64,000 nucleotides of DNA. Origin: Mustelus asterias. Its lineage: Eukaryota. The notes below the pieces were generated by a model. It saw only the letters and a list, made by a program, of their open reading frames with translations, was not told the DNA's origin and did no database searches. Each line of letters starts with the position of its first letter. Position 1 is the stretch's first letter. Shown one piece after another: positions 1 to 12,366 of the stretch. The stretch spans positions 558,001-622,000 of the forward strand of contig NW_027590150.1 in the NCBI RefSeq assembly GCF_964213995.1, read 5' to 3'. Position numbers and translations under genes: made by a program.

Positions 1-60
1 GATGTGTTTTGGGGTGTTTCCGTTGAGGAGATTCTGTGGTTTGGTCACTATGAATGTTTA

Positions 61-1000
61 AAATTTGTGAAATAGTTTGGCTTTGCTGCATTATTTCTGC
101 ATTGTTCAAACTCGGTGCCACTGAGCGGTTAGACGTTTTCTGGTTGAATGCAAACAATCTTTGAGTTTGAAAATCCTTGTAGGGAGAAAACGAGCAGGTT
201 TTGGAAAAAAAACTAAAATAAAGATATTACAGCATTTTTATAAATTTTAACTAACGCTTACAAATTAAAATACATCATGACGTACAACGCTCATTCGGAC
301 ACTACGTCGTTGCTGCAATCAAAAACTTCTCATTAACAAGTTTAATAGTAAAATTAATATAAATCAAACAATTATTAATCGGTAATATATCTCCATATTC
401 ACCAAAGATTACTTTGTATTGATATAATTTAGCAGTCATCCCCTTTAATAGTTCTGTTGTGCTTTTCACACAATTAACATGACCAGAAAAATTTCCAGAC
501 TGCAAATATTTTGTGACAATTCCAGAAATTATTTCAATGATAACATGCTGTTTCCACAGCAGCTCTCAGCTGAACACGATACTTGGCATTAGTCGTTATA
601 TCCCAGATTAAGTTCGCATTCACTGGAATACGAGTTTTGCAGAATAAGACGTTGCTTTTTGGCTATTTTTGTATCCGAATACTACATTTTTTTCCTGTGC
701 AGTCGCAACCAGATTATTCCTTCCAAGTAATTTGTAATTGGATACCGAGATAATTAATTACTAATCTCATCTCAAAATTTGTGAAATGGTTTGGTGTTTC
801 TCAATTGTTTCTGTATTGGTTCAACTCAGTGATACTGAACGGTTACACGTTTTCTGGCTAAATGAAAATAAAACTGCGTTTGAAAATTCTTGGAGGGGTA
901 AAGTAAACAGGTTTCGGAAAAATAAAATAAATATATGTTAGGACTTTTATTCATGTTAACTGATGCTTACAGATTAAAATAAATCATGAATTACAATTCT
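61..1000 (+). repeat. Diverged direct duplication, module A (61-300 and ~774-1000), in the IgM J-C intron
   Basis: aaatttgtgaaatagtttgg...acgttttctggttgaatg...tacatcatga (61-280) aligns co-linearly with aaatttgtgaaatggtttgg...acgttttctggctaaatg...aaatcatgaa (775-990). Confidence 0.85.
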
Positions 1001-2566
1001 TACTGTGTCACCGTATCTCTTCAGGGACATTACACTACCCTGAATCTTTTATATTTGATGTGCTCATTTTCAGAAAAAATACATTTTTGCCCAGTTTTCG
1101 GGATTTGAGACAGACAGGGAGAGATAGTTAAAAGGCGAAGGGAGTTTTGAAATGAACATCAGGTTAATTTAAAATATGTATTGATTTTTTTGTTGTTGTA
1201 ATTTGACCTTTGATCAATTAGAATCAAAGAGTTTGTATAAATTTGACAGAGTGAACAGAGTTTTCTGACAGGTGGAATTCGCTGACACTCAAGCAATTGT
1301 TCATATGATTGTGTTTGAATTGTAGTAAAGTGTCAACACAAACTGGCTAGAGATGGACAAGTTAATGCTTGAAATTCAAAAAGATTAATTTATGTAAAAA
1401 TATTCTGATACTATAAAAATAATATTAGCTCTGCACTTAATAATAACATCATGTCTCCCATTACTGCTGAACTCAGGATAGAATTATGGGAAGAATAAAT
1501 GACAGAATAGAAGAATTGATTATATCTGAACCTTATGTTTAATACTTGTTAAATATTATAATGAAGAAAAAGTCTGGACTTATATTCTGCATCGTGCTTT
1601 AGAGGATTTGAATCAATTGTCCTCTTTGTGTTTGCACTGTTTAATTCAGATTTTCTTTAATTAAACAATGTGTTCAGTAATTAAGTTATATGGATGGGCT
1701 AACTTTTTACATCTAGAATGCATTATTATTGATTTCAAACTGCCAGGCCGTTACAGCCTATACAAATTCAGAAGTATGCATTTTTAACACGTTTCTAGGT
1801 TATAATACGATATTTGTAGTAAAAGTGGAAAAGTAAAATATTACAATGTGATTGGATTTAAGTAAATGAATGACAGATTCTGAATGTTTCCATTCAGTAA
1901 TTTGAAATTATTGTTTAACATTGTATAAGGTTTAATTGTAACCTAATTATTTAACAATGCTGGAGGTAGAAGCACGTTTTGAATGATTGAAAACTCATTT
2001 TATTACAGAGTTCAAATCAGCTGATAAGAGAACTAACTGGCAATTAACAATAACTTAAAATATAATATTGCTGCTGATTAATTTAAAACAAAAGAACTTG
2101 AATATTGTACAGGTGTGCAAAATACAATTAGTTTTAGAGAATATTTAATTGTATCGAAAATGAATTCAGAAACAAAACATTTCTTTACTCAGCTATGCTC
2201 AGCTCGATAAAGTATTTTGCCTTGATTATTTTGTTCATTAATTTAATTAAGAAATTAACTCGAATCAGATAATGATTTTCAATGTAAATGTTTCCTGATT
2301 TGTTTAATTCTGACTGTGTCACTGCATCTCTGTTAGGGACATTGAACTGTCCTGAACCTGTTATTTTTCATTGCTCATTTTCAGCAAAATTACATTTTTA
2401 CATAGTTTTCGAGAAGTGAGACAGAGAAATAATTAAAAGTCGAAAGGAGTTCTGAAATGAATATCAGTTTAATTTAAAGTAGGTTATTGATTTTCTGTTG
2501 TTGTAAGTTGACCGTTGATCAATTAGAATCCAACAATTTGAATGAAATTGACAGATTGAACAGATC
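995..2566 (+). repeat. Diverged direct duplication, module B (~995-1260 and ~2305-2566), in the J-C intron
   Basis: aattcttactgtgtcaccgtatctct...tgctcattttcag...tgatcaattagaatc...gacagagtgaacag recurs as aattctgactgtgtcactgcatctct...tgctcattttcag...tgatcaattagaatc...gacagattgaacag. Confidence 0.85.
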
Positions 2567-3059
2567 TATCTGCTGGGCACTCGATTGTTGCACCGTTTGT
2601 GTCTGTTCTGTTTCTGTGCGCGTGGTCACTGTGTTGGCACCAAGAATCTGCCTGACTGGTTATAAACCTTTTGGTTCCTTCCCCTGTATTTCCGGGAGTG
2701 AAAATTGATTTATTTCTTCAATAAACTTGTATCTGTGAGAAACGTGACAGGTTGATCTGATGTTTGACTCGGAGTCTCAGAAATAAGATCCCTAAAGCAC
2801 ACTGTGACCGTTAGAGAGAGCAGAAACGTCAGGCTGCAGAGAGAGATTTGGTTGATTCTTAACCAGTGATATACCGGCTTTGGGAACTTTGGATGAGCAA
2901 ATGCAAAGGGAGATTTACTATATTGTACTGTATACTATAGCGGTCCCTGACCTGTTTAGTAGAACAGTTACAGGGTCAAATTCGTTTGCATCTTATTCTT
3001 AATTTCTAAAGGCAATTTAGAGTCGCTTGCAAAGCAAGAATTTTAAATATGTCCCTACA

Positions 3060-3520
3060 TAATTGTTCCTTGGGAAAGAATTGATATTAAGTATCCTTGA
3101 ATAACTGCAGTGCATATGCTGCAGGCGTCCGCCGTGCTGATGGGCAGGAAGTTCCAGGATTTTGACCCAGCGACTGTGAAGGAACTGAGATATTGTTTCA
3201 AGTCAAGATGGTGTGTGTCTTGTCGGGGAGCTTGCAGGTGATAGTGTTCATATGTGGCTTCTGCCCTTGTCCCGTTAGGCTGTAAAGGCAGTGGGTTTGG
3301 ACAGTGCTTTCTATGGAGTCTTGGTGAGTTGCTGCAGTGCATCTTGTATATTATACACTGCTGTAACTGCTTGTTAGTGATAGAGAGAGTGAATAGGGTG
3401 ACTGAGGGGGTTGGGTAATCTTGTGGGTGGCTTTGTCCTGGATTGTGTCAAATTCCTTGAGTTTTTACAAGTTTCGCTCATTGAGGAAAGAGGAAATTAT
3501 TCAATTGTGAACTGACTTGT
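3060..3520 (-). mobile_element. Old degraded non-LTR retrotransposon (CR1/L2-like) 3' fragment
   Basis: Minus-strand translation contains SFTVAGSKSWNFLP, resembling the SF...WNxLP C-terminus of CR1/L2 ORF2. Confidence 0.55.
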
Positions 3521-3654
3521 GAAAGATTTAAATGTTTTTCCAACCCTTGGCCCGCGCTCCGTATTGTGCTCACTTGTCACTCCCATTTACTGTGTGAGTG
3601 GGTGAGTGTGTATGTGAAGTGAGGGTGTTTTTCCAGACTGAATCAGCCAGAGAG

Positions 3655-5530
3655 AGACTTACACACATCACACACTCTCACACACATAAATACACACATA
3701 CACATTCTCATAGTCTCTCACACATGCACACATATATATTCACACTTACTTTGTCTCTCATCCGATCTCTCTCACACACCCATACACATTCTCTCTCTCA
3801 CGTTCTACATACATTCTCTCAAATACAAATACACACATACTCTCGCTCTCTCATACCACCATACACAAAAGCACTCACACGCACACCCCCGACACACATT
3901 CTCTCTTACACACAGACACACACTCTCACATAAGCACAGTCTCACACTCTCACATGCACTCTCTCTCCCACACTCTGTCACACACGCTCAAGCTGTCTCA
4001 CATTTATTCACACACGCTCTCTCACAATTCCTCTTGCGCACGCATCTCTCTCTCTCACTCACACATACACACACGCATATATTTCTAAAGCTCTTGCACA
4101 CACTATCTCACACCTGTACATTCTTGCTCTCACACACTGGCTCTCTCATAAACACACTCTCTCACAAACATAGACCCACGCACACACTCGGACACACACT
4201 CTTACACACAGACACAGTCTCTCACATAAGCACAGTCTCGCGCACACATTCTCCCTCACACACACACACATACACACACACACACATGCACTATCCCTCT
4301 CACATTCCCTCTTCCGTGCTCTCACTCCGTCTCACACACATTCCCATGCTCTCTCTCTCTCATACGGACACTTGCACACGCATTCTCTCACACAGGTACG
4401 TTTTTATCTCTCTTTCACCCGCTCACTCCCTTACACATTATCTCACACACGCACAATCTTGCTCTCAAACACTGTATCTCACAAACACCCTCTCTCTCTC
4501 ACACGCACACAGTCTCTCCGTCTCTCACACACGAACACACATGTATACACAATGTATCTCTCTTAAACACTCCACCTATCACAGACACATGTCCTCTCAA
4601 CCGTTATTTCACTCACACACACTCACGCATCCATTCTGCATCATTTTCACAGTTTTTCTCACTCACACACACTCTCCCCGCCCCTCCACACACACACACG
4701 CACACACATATACTTTGAAGAACAGAAAAATACTCTCACACACATAAAAAATAACTCTTCAAACACACACACACTCTCTCGCACACACGCATTCTCTATC
4801 TCACATATCCTTTCTCTCACGCACACTCTCTCCTCTTGCACACACAGACCACTTTCTCAAACACGTGCAAAACACTCATGTGTCTGACACACTCTCACAC
4901 ACATAAACCAACACAACGTCTCTCTCTCTCACAAAAATTCTCTCTCTCTGTCTCACACACGCACACACACACACACACACACTCAAACACATCGCTTCTA
5001 TCACCCACACACATTGCACATATCGTTCTCACTCACACGCCATCCCATGCACACTTTCACACACTCATGAACATATTATTTTGCTTTCCAATAGGCACTC
5101 CCTCTCACACATACTGTCTTTCACATGAACACAACACTCTCTCCCACACACACACACCCTCCCTCAAGCACACACACTCACTTTCATAGACACCCTGTAT
5201 CTCATATAGACACACTTCTTTTCACATAAACACACACTCAATCACACACCGAAGTACTCTCTCACACAGACTGCCCACACACACACTTTCAAGAAGAGAC
5301 ACACTCTCACACACAAAGAATAACTTTTCAAACACACATTCTCTCTCACACACACACACGTTATCTCACACACCTTTCTCTCACACACACTCTCCCCTCT
5401 TGCACACACAGCCCACTGTCTCACACACGTGCAAACGCAGTCTATCACACACAGGCACCCTCACACATACATTCACCCTCTATCTCTCTCACACAGCCAA
5501 ACACCCTCTCCACTTTCCATCTCACATACG
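3655..5530. repeat. Degenerate (CA)n/(CT)n low-complexity tract
   Basis: ~1.9 kb dominated by cacaca/ctctct runs; source of the H/T/L/S-rich spurious ORFs. Confidence 0.95.
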
Positions 5531-5551
5531 TCAGAGTAATTGTCCTTGACA

Positions 5552-5866
5552 TCATAAATTGAAGCATAGGATCCTCCAGTGCAGAAGGGGCCAATCAGCC
5601 CATTGAGTCTGCACCAACAGCAGTCCCACCAAAGCCCTATCCCCATAACCACATGTATTTACCCTAACTAGTCCCTCTGACACTACGGGGCAATTTAGCA
5701 CGGCCAATCCAACGAACCCGCACATGTTTGGACTGTGGGGGGGAAACAGGAGCACCCGTAGGAAACCCAAGCAGACACGGGGTGAACTTGCAAACTCCAC
5801 ACAGACAGTGAGCCAAGTCGGGAATCGAACTGTGAGGCAGCAGTGCTAATCACCGTGCCACCGCCC
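5552..5866 (-). mobile_element. HE1-type V-SINE (tRNA-derived, elasmobranch)
   Basis: Reverse strand has tRNA-like head gggcggtggcacggtgattagcactgctgcctcacag, V-domain ctgtctgtgtggagtttgca...gtgtctgcttgggtttcct and CR1-like tail. Confidence 0.85.
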
Positions 5867-5889
5867 ACCCCCCCAACCCCCGCTAGCAT

Positions 5890-6140
5890 TTGAATGAGGG
5901 TGGGATCGAGGAGCCCGAGTAAAACTCAAGTCAATAAGAATCGGCGGGAAATTCTTCTCTGTTCGGAGTCATACTTAGCACAAAGCAAGATGGTGTTGGT
6001 TGTTGGAGGTCAAACATCTAAGTTCAGATTTCACTGCAAAAGTTCGGCAGGGGATTGTTCTGGGACCAACAATCTTCTACTGCTTCACCAAAGACATTCC
6101 ATCCAACATGAGGTCAGAAGTAGAGATTTCCATGTGTTAC
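5890..6140 (+). mobile_element. Degraded LINE reverse-transcriptase fragment
   Basis: ESYLAQSKMVLVVGGQ and VRQGIVLGPTIF in adjacent frames match the RT ...VPQGSVLGP region. Confidence 0.65.
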
Positions 6141-6454
6141 ACCGGACACAAAGACGCAATAAGTAAGAAGGGACTTGGCTGAGACCAAGGCCGCCTGGCT
6201 CCCCAATACTGGTGTAAACCTGCTGTTTGATTCCTGTGCGACCCATTCTGGTTGCGCTGTCAGCTTCCCTTCCAGCTCCCTCAGTCTGTCTATTTATTAA
6301 CTGATACGCGTTTCTTAAAGAAAGGCACCGACATTAAAGCAGCTGCCCGGTGATCTACACTGCTGCCTGACTTTACACAGCCCTGTTACAGAAAGCTGAT
6401 CAATGTAGACAATCGGGAAAAGATCGATGGAGAGGAAGAGGAGGAGGTGGCCCA

Positions 6455-8175
6455 CTGACTCTCTCACCCCCGCCCACACTTCCTCACTCACCCTCAATCT
6501 CTCATCCTCACTCAAAGAACTTCACTCACTCACCTTCACTTACCCAACTTCCCTCGCTGACACACTCTCACTCACTCATCCCCACTCACTCATCCCCACT
6601 CACTCATCCCCGCTCACTCATCCCCGCTCACTCATCCCCGCTCACTCATCCCCGCTCACTCATCCCCGCTCACTCTCCCTTGCTCACTCATCCAACCTCA
6701 CACACTCACCCTCACACACTCACCCTCACACACTCACCCTCACACACTCACCCTCATACACTCAGCCTCACACACTCACCCTCACACACTCACCCTCACA
6801 CACTCACCTTCACACACTCACCTTCACACACTCAACCTCAAACACTGAGCATCACACACTCAACCTCACACACTCAACCTCACACACTCTACCTCACACA
6901 CTCTACCTCACACACTCTACCTCACATAGTCACCCTCACACACTCACCCTCAGAAACTCACTGATCCTCATTCACCCTGAGTCACTCACCCTCACACCCT
7001 CACTCACTCACAATCACTCACAAACATTCGCTCACTCACTCTCACCCATCCTCACTCACTCACCCACACTCACTCACACACCCTCACTCAACCTCACTCA
7101 TTCAACCTCAATCACACATCCTGAATCACTCATCCTCACACCCTCACTTACTCACTCACATTCAGTCACCCTCATTCACTCACTCTCACACCCTCACTCA
7201 CGCACCCGCATTCATTCACTCACACTCACTCACCCTCAGATACCCTCATTTACTCACCCTCATTCACGCACTGTCACTCAGCCACCCACACTCACACACC
7301 ATCACACACTCAACCTCACTCACTAACCCTCAGTCACTCACCAACACTCATACTCACCCTCATTCACTCACCCTACTTACCCACCCTCACTCACCCAGTC
7401 TCACTCACTCTCACTCACTCACCGCACTTACCCACCCTCACTCATCCAGTCTCACTCACTCCACTCACCCTCACTCACTCTCCCCACTTACCCACCCTCA
7501 CTCACCTAGACTCACCCCCACACACTCAAGCTCAATCACCCTCTCTCTTTCACTTACGCCACCTGACCCATTCAAACTCACTCAGACTCACGCACCTACA
7601 TTCACTCACACACCCTCACGTACTCACCATCACTCAACTTCACCCACCCTAACTCACAGATCCTCAATCACTCAACCTCACTCAAACACCTTCACTCACT
7701 CATCCTCACTCATCCACCCATCCGCATTCAATCTCCCTCACAGTCTCACACACCACCCCCAATAACACACCCTGACTTACTCACTCTCTCACCCTCATTT
7801 ACTAAGTCATATTCATTCCCTCACCCTCATTCACTCGCTCTCACTCACCCACCTTCGCTAACCTTCATGCATCCTCACTCACTCACCCTCATTCATTCAT
7901 TCTCGCTCACCAACATTCACTCACACACTTTCACTCACCCATTCAGCCACCGTCACTCACACACCCCCTCTCGCACACACCCTCATTTACTAACGCCCTC
8001 TCACCCTCACCCACACTTACTCACTCACCCTCAATCACTCATCCTCACTCAAAGAACTTCATTCACTCACCCTCACTTATCCACTCTCTGTCACTCACAC
8101 ACCATCACTCATCCACTCTCACTCCTTCACTCACTCATCCTCACGCACTCACATTCTCTCACTCACCCTCACTAA
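6455..8175. repeat. C-rich (CTCA/CACT/CCCTCACA) degenerate tandem repeat
   Basis: 1.7 kb with almost no G on the + strand; units such as cactcaccctcaca and ctcactcatccccg. Confidence 0.95.
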
Positions 8176-8272
8176 ACCTGTGTGTGGAGGTCTGCAACGA
8201 GAGAGAAGAACGATCTCAAGCGGCAGTTTGGTGTTCAAATGTGGGAGCTGCCCTGCGAATGTGGAGAGCTGG

Positions 8273-8282
8273 GGGAAATCCC
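8273..8282 (+). promoter_or_regulatory. Consensus NF-kB site GGGAAATCCC
   Basis: Exact match to GGGRNWYYCC in the short unique spacer between the C-rich and G-rich repeats; function untested. Confidence 0.4.
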
Positions 8283-8299
8283 TGGGGGCTCAGGGCCAA

Positions 8300-8880
8300 G
8301 GACAATGGCAAAGAGCGGGGGAGAACAGGAGGCGTGGTAAAGGGCAGAGAGCAGGGGGGGGGGAGGGGGGAGGGCAGAGAGCAGAGGCGGGGGGGGGGGG
8401 AAGGAGGGGTGCGGAGGAGGGCAGAGAGCCAGGAGAAAGGGCAGGGAGCCAGGTGAAAGGCAAAGAACCAGGGGAAAGGGCAGAGGGACCAGGGAAAGGG
8501 GAGAGAGCCAGGAATAAGGGCAGGGAAGCCGGGGAAACGACAGGGAGCCGAGGAATAGTGAAAGAGAGCCCAGGGGAAAGGGCAGAGATTCAGGGAGAAA
8601 GGCAGAGAGTCAGGGGGAAAGGGCAGAGAGCCGGGGTAACGGTCAGAGAGCCAAGGGAAAGGGGAAAGTGGATAGGGAGCAGGGACACCGGGCAGAGAGC
8701 CGGGGGAAAGTGTAGGGAGCCGAGGGAAAGGGCAGATAGCCGGGGGAGAGGGCACAGAGCTGGAGGGAAGTGTAGAGAGCCAGGTGGAAGTGCGGAGAGC
8801 CGGGTGAAAGGGGTAAAGAGCCACAGGGAATAGCAGAGAGCCAGGGGAAAGGGCAGAGAATCGGGGGAAATGGGCAGAGA
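8300..8880 (+). repeat. G/A-rich tandem repeat, ~20-bp unit GGGCAGAGAGCCAGGGGAAA (about 23 units from 8419), preceded by long G runs
   Basis: Units readable directly, e.g. gggcagagagccaggagaaa gggcagggagccaggtgaaa gggcaaagaaccaggggaaa; G runs at 8354-8363 and 8389-8400. Confidence 0.93.
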
Positions 8881-9206
8881 GTGGGTGATCGACGTGGGGA
8901 GTGAGGATGTGCAAAATAGAGCTAGCACCACAACCAGATCATCTGTAATCTCAGTGAATAATGGAGGAGACTTCAGGGCCCGAATGGCCAACTCTTGCTA
9001 TTAATGTCTGACCCTTCAATTAGTCAATGTTGCAATTATTTGAATTTGTAATCACATTGAGAGTTTCCTGGTCATTCAGTAAGTATTCATTCCGAAGGTA
9101 GTTTTGAAGCAAAGTCACTCATCTTCGTTTTGTGGAGTGAGGGGCAGTGAGTTGGAGAGAGGAAGGGACATCAGTTAGTTTGTACATGGGCAATATCCAA
9201 AACTAC

Positions 9207-9327
9207 AATGTGGATATGCCGACGCCAGGTTGGGGTGGGCACAGTAAGGAGTCTCACAACACCAGGTTAAAGTACAACAGACTTATTTGGAATCGTGAGC
9301 TTTTGGAGCTCTTTCATCAGGTGAGTG
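9207..9327 (-). mobile_element. Penelope-like terminal-repeat fragment with degenerate hammerhead motif (antisense to IgM)
   Basis: Homologous to the terminus of the Penelope element at 50039; reverse strand reads cacctgatgaaagagctccaaaagctc. Confidence 0.7.
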
Positions 9328-9859
9328 GCTGATATGAATGAAGAGACAACTTCTTCATCACAAAGTGCTGTTGTTTGAGAAATAGCGAGTGCCTGAAGTA
9401 ATGGAGAAACTCTTTACACTTCTCTGTTAATCTAATGAATGGTATGTCATTACAATGACATCAAAATGTTTTTGTCTTTCCAATCTGATAGAGGTCGAGA
9501 CAGTGATGTGAGTTTCTACAAAGATGGCGATTCTCAAATGATAGGAGTAACAAAAGCTGAAAGGTGTATGTAGGTCTTAATCGGGAAATATTAAGTTAAG
9601 TTCATAATTCTAGACAAATCGTGATGTAGAAACATAGAAAATAGAAGCAGCAGTAGGCCATTCGGCCCTCTGACCCTGCTCTACCATTCACTTTGATCAC
9701 AGCTCATCAATATCCTGACCCCGTCTACTACCCATATCCATTGATCCCTTTAGCCCCAAGAGCTATACCTAATATAGAAACTTACTTGTATAAATATGTT
9801 TGACTAATTAATAAACGCAGGTAAGAGTCTAACTTGTTGAATCGACTATTCTTTCCCAG

Positions 9860-10159
9860 CGACACCGTCTCTGCCCAATCTGTACAGCCTGATCTCCTCC
9901 TGTCAGCAACCCAACACCGGCGGCTCCGTCACCTATGGCTGTTTGGCGATGGACTACTCCCCAGAAATCACCAGTCTCACCTGGAAGAAAAATGGACAGC
10001 TGATCACCACTGGATTTAAGACTTACCCATCAGTGAGAAACACGAAGGGAACCTACACCCTGAGCAGCCAGTTAACCATCACCCAGTCAAAGGGAGAGTG
10101 CAGCAAAATCGACTGTGAGGTTCGACACAGCGGCTCAGTCAAGAGCATTGAAATGCAAT
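9860..10159 (+). CDS. IGHM: IgM heavy chain constant exon CH1
   Basis: Acceptor ttctttcccag|, donor |gtaagt, phase 1-1, 300 nt; (A)[99 protein letters not shown]; Ig C1 Cys/Trp/Cys, closely resembles horn/nurse shark mu CH1 as recalled. Confidence 0.97.
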
Positions 10160-10299
10160 GTAAGTGTTGTGGAACCTGGGCAAGACAGGGGCGCTCTGAT
10201 TGAACTCTATAAGGCCTTTGTTATAACTGATCTGTAGCATTCTGAAAAATTGAATTATGCAAAATCCAGGTAAGTGTCTACTGACTGAAAAGTTGCTCA

Positions 10300-11050
10300 G
10301 AATCAAAGAACAACAGAAATGATACTGTGCAGAATGAGGCCATTTAGCCCATCATGTCTGTGCTGGTCAAAAGGGAGAACAAATAAACTAGCCTGACAAA
10401 GTAAGCCTATTTTCCAGCCCTTGCTCCGTAGCATTGCAGCTTAAAGCAATTGAGATGCAGACCCAGATACCTTTTAAGTGACCATGCTCCCTGGTAATTG
10501 AGCCCTCCACTTGGGGAATGAATTATTTCTGCCTACGTCCCTTATTTTTTTGTGAACCACAATTATGTCACGCCTCAGCCTCCTCTTTTCCTAAAGAGAA
10601 CAAACCCTGCCTATCCAATCTCGCCTCATGGCTGCAATTTTCAGTCCCTGGCAACATTCTTGTAAACCTCATCTCTCGCCAGAGTCATTACGTTATTCCT
10701 GCAACGTGGTGACCAGAACTGTACAGCAAACTCCAAACGTGGCCTAACTAGGTTTTATGCATCTCCATCATTGCATCACTGTTTTTGCATTCAATATCTC
10801 ACATAATAGAGGAACTAATCCGATATGCTTTCTTGATCAACTTTTCCAGCTGCCCTACCATCTACAAGGACCTGTGGACGTGCACTCTAAGGTCTTGCAT
10901 TTCCTCAATCCCACTTAACATTCCAGTTTATTGCCTTGCTTTGTTTTCCCTCCCCAAATGCATTGTGTGGCACTTTTGACCGTTGAATTCCATTCGCCAT
11001 TTCCCTGCCAATTCAACCAAACCATGGATATAATTCTCAAATCGGCAGCT
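10300..11050 (-). mobile_element. Degraded CR1 LINE 3' fragment in the CH1-CH2 intron
   Basis: Minus-strand KWRMEFNGQKCHTMHLGREN motif and CR1-type 3' end. Confidence 0.8.
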
Positions 11051-11131
11051 ATTTTGCTCAAATAAAAGAACTAATTTATAATTAATGTCAATTGAATCTT
11101 CAAGTAACGTCTGAACATTTGTTTGTTGAAG

Positions 11132-11443
11132 GCCCAATCGTTATCACCCCAACCGTTATCCTCACCGTGAGTTCCAGTGAAGAAATCACCACCAGAAAAT
11201 TTGCAATCATCGTCTGTTCAATCATCGATTTCCAGCCAAAGTCAATGACGGTGAAGTGGCTGAAGAATGGACAACCCATGGATTCAGGAATTGTCACCTC
11301 TCCCGCCTATGAGGTGAACAGGAACTTCTCGGCCAGCAGTCGGCTGACAGTCTCCGCTCAGGAATGGATCAGCAAAGCGGTCTATACCTGCCAGGTCACT
11401 CATCAAGAATTCACTCAGAGTCAGAACATCAGCGGATCTCTGG
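11132..11443 (+). CDS. IGHM: IgM heavy chain constant exon CH2
   Basis: Acceptor tttgttgaag|, donor |gtaaga, 312 nt; (C)[46 protein letters not shown]...[21 protein letters not shown]. Confidence 0.97.
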
Positions 11444-11604
11444 GTAAGAGACTCAAACCGAGGATAAAATAAAATATACCATTCCGATGTTAATCGGAAT
11501 TAGGGGTCTATTAAAGTTAGTACAAAGCACAGAACAACTTCTAATTTGCTGTCATGTGGTTTGCTGCATTAGGACAGTGCCCCATTCAGAATTTCATCAC
11601 AACA

Positions 11605-11925
11605 GCAATTTTTGTTATTCCTTCATGAGATGTGCATTTATTTCCCATCCCTGAGGGCACTTAAGTGTCAACCACGTTGCTGTGGACCTGGAGTCACATG
11701 CATGCCAGGCCAGATAAAGACAGCAGATTTACTTTTTTAAAGGGCATTCGTGAACCAGGTGGGCTTTTACAACAACGGCTTCATGATGATCATTTGACTT
11801 TTAATTATAGATTTTTATTGAATTCAAATTTCACCATTTGCAGTGGTGAGATTCGAATCCGTGTCTCTTCAATTAGAGTCTTGTCCTCGGTCTCTTGGAT
11901 TACAAGTCCATTGACAATACCACTG
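11605..11925 (-). mobile_element. tRNA-derived SINE (non-HE1 family) in the CH2-CH3 intron
   Basis: Reverse-complement homolog of the full-length copy at 35960-36310. Confidence 0.7.
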
Positions 11926-12366
11926 CCTCCCCTTGAAAGAGTGTTTCTTTCTATTTTGAAGTAACATAGTGAGCGAGGCGGCCTTGATGTCAGCTTTTTT
12001 CCTGAGACGGCTGGTAAGATTTGGAGAAACAGTTGGTGTTGGACTGTTTCACAGGTCAAAGCGGAGGGGTTAAATGTTGGAAAGTGCATTCACCCTAATA
12101 ATAAATCAATGACAAGTGCTGTGTTCCTGAGTAGGGGCATGGTTTGGAATGCTGCAATGCTGATTCATGAGAATGATACCGCTGCTAATATATTTTAATA
12201 AAGAGAATAATTTCACAGAACAAGCTGGTTTTCCATCGTCTATAGAAGTTTAAAGGCGATACTTAGAGGTTGATATCTCGAAGGCGACTTTTTCTCCTTC
12301 AGGCTGAATACTACTGTCCTGCTTCTGAAGAGGGAACTTGGGTTGATTTTCATTTGTCATTCACAG

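Noticed and set aside
2594-2665. RSS-like arrangement: CGTTTGTGT-24 bp-CACTGTG followed by TGG CAC CAA (W-x-Q), and a similar CACTATG at 46
   Set aside because: Spacer is off, there is no WGxG motif, an in-frame stop follows and there is no good donor; cannot be called a J or D segment
3598-8175. Long H/T/L/S/P-rich ORFs (e.g. 4034-4747, 6427-7326), and the equivalents at 14645-15770
   Set aside because: Translations of CA/CT/CTCA simple repeats that lack stop codons
8419-8880. CRISPR-like or other prokaryotic system
   Set aside because: Repeats have no unique spacers, there are no cas genes, and the window is clearly vertebrate spliced-gene DNA
8180-8991. G/R/E-rich and P/L/S-rich ORFs on both strands
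   Set aside because: By-products of the T-poor 20-bp repeat
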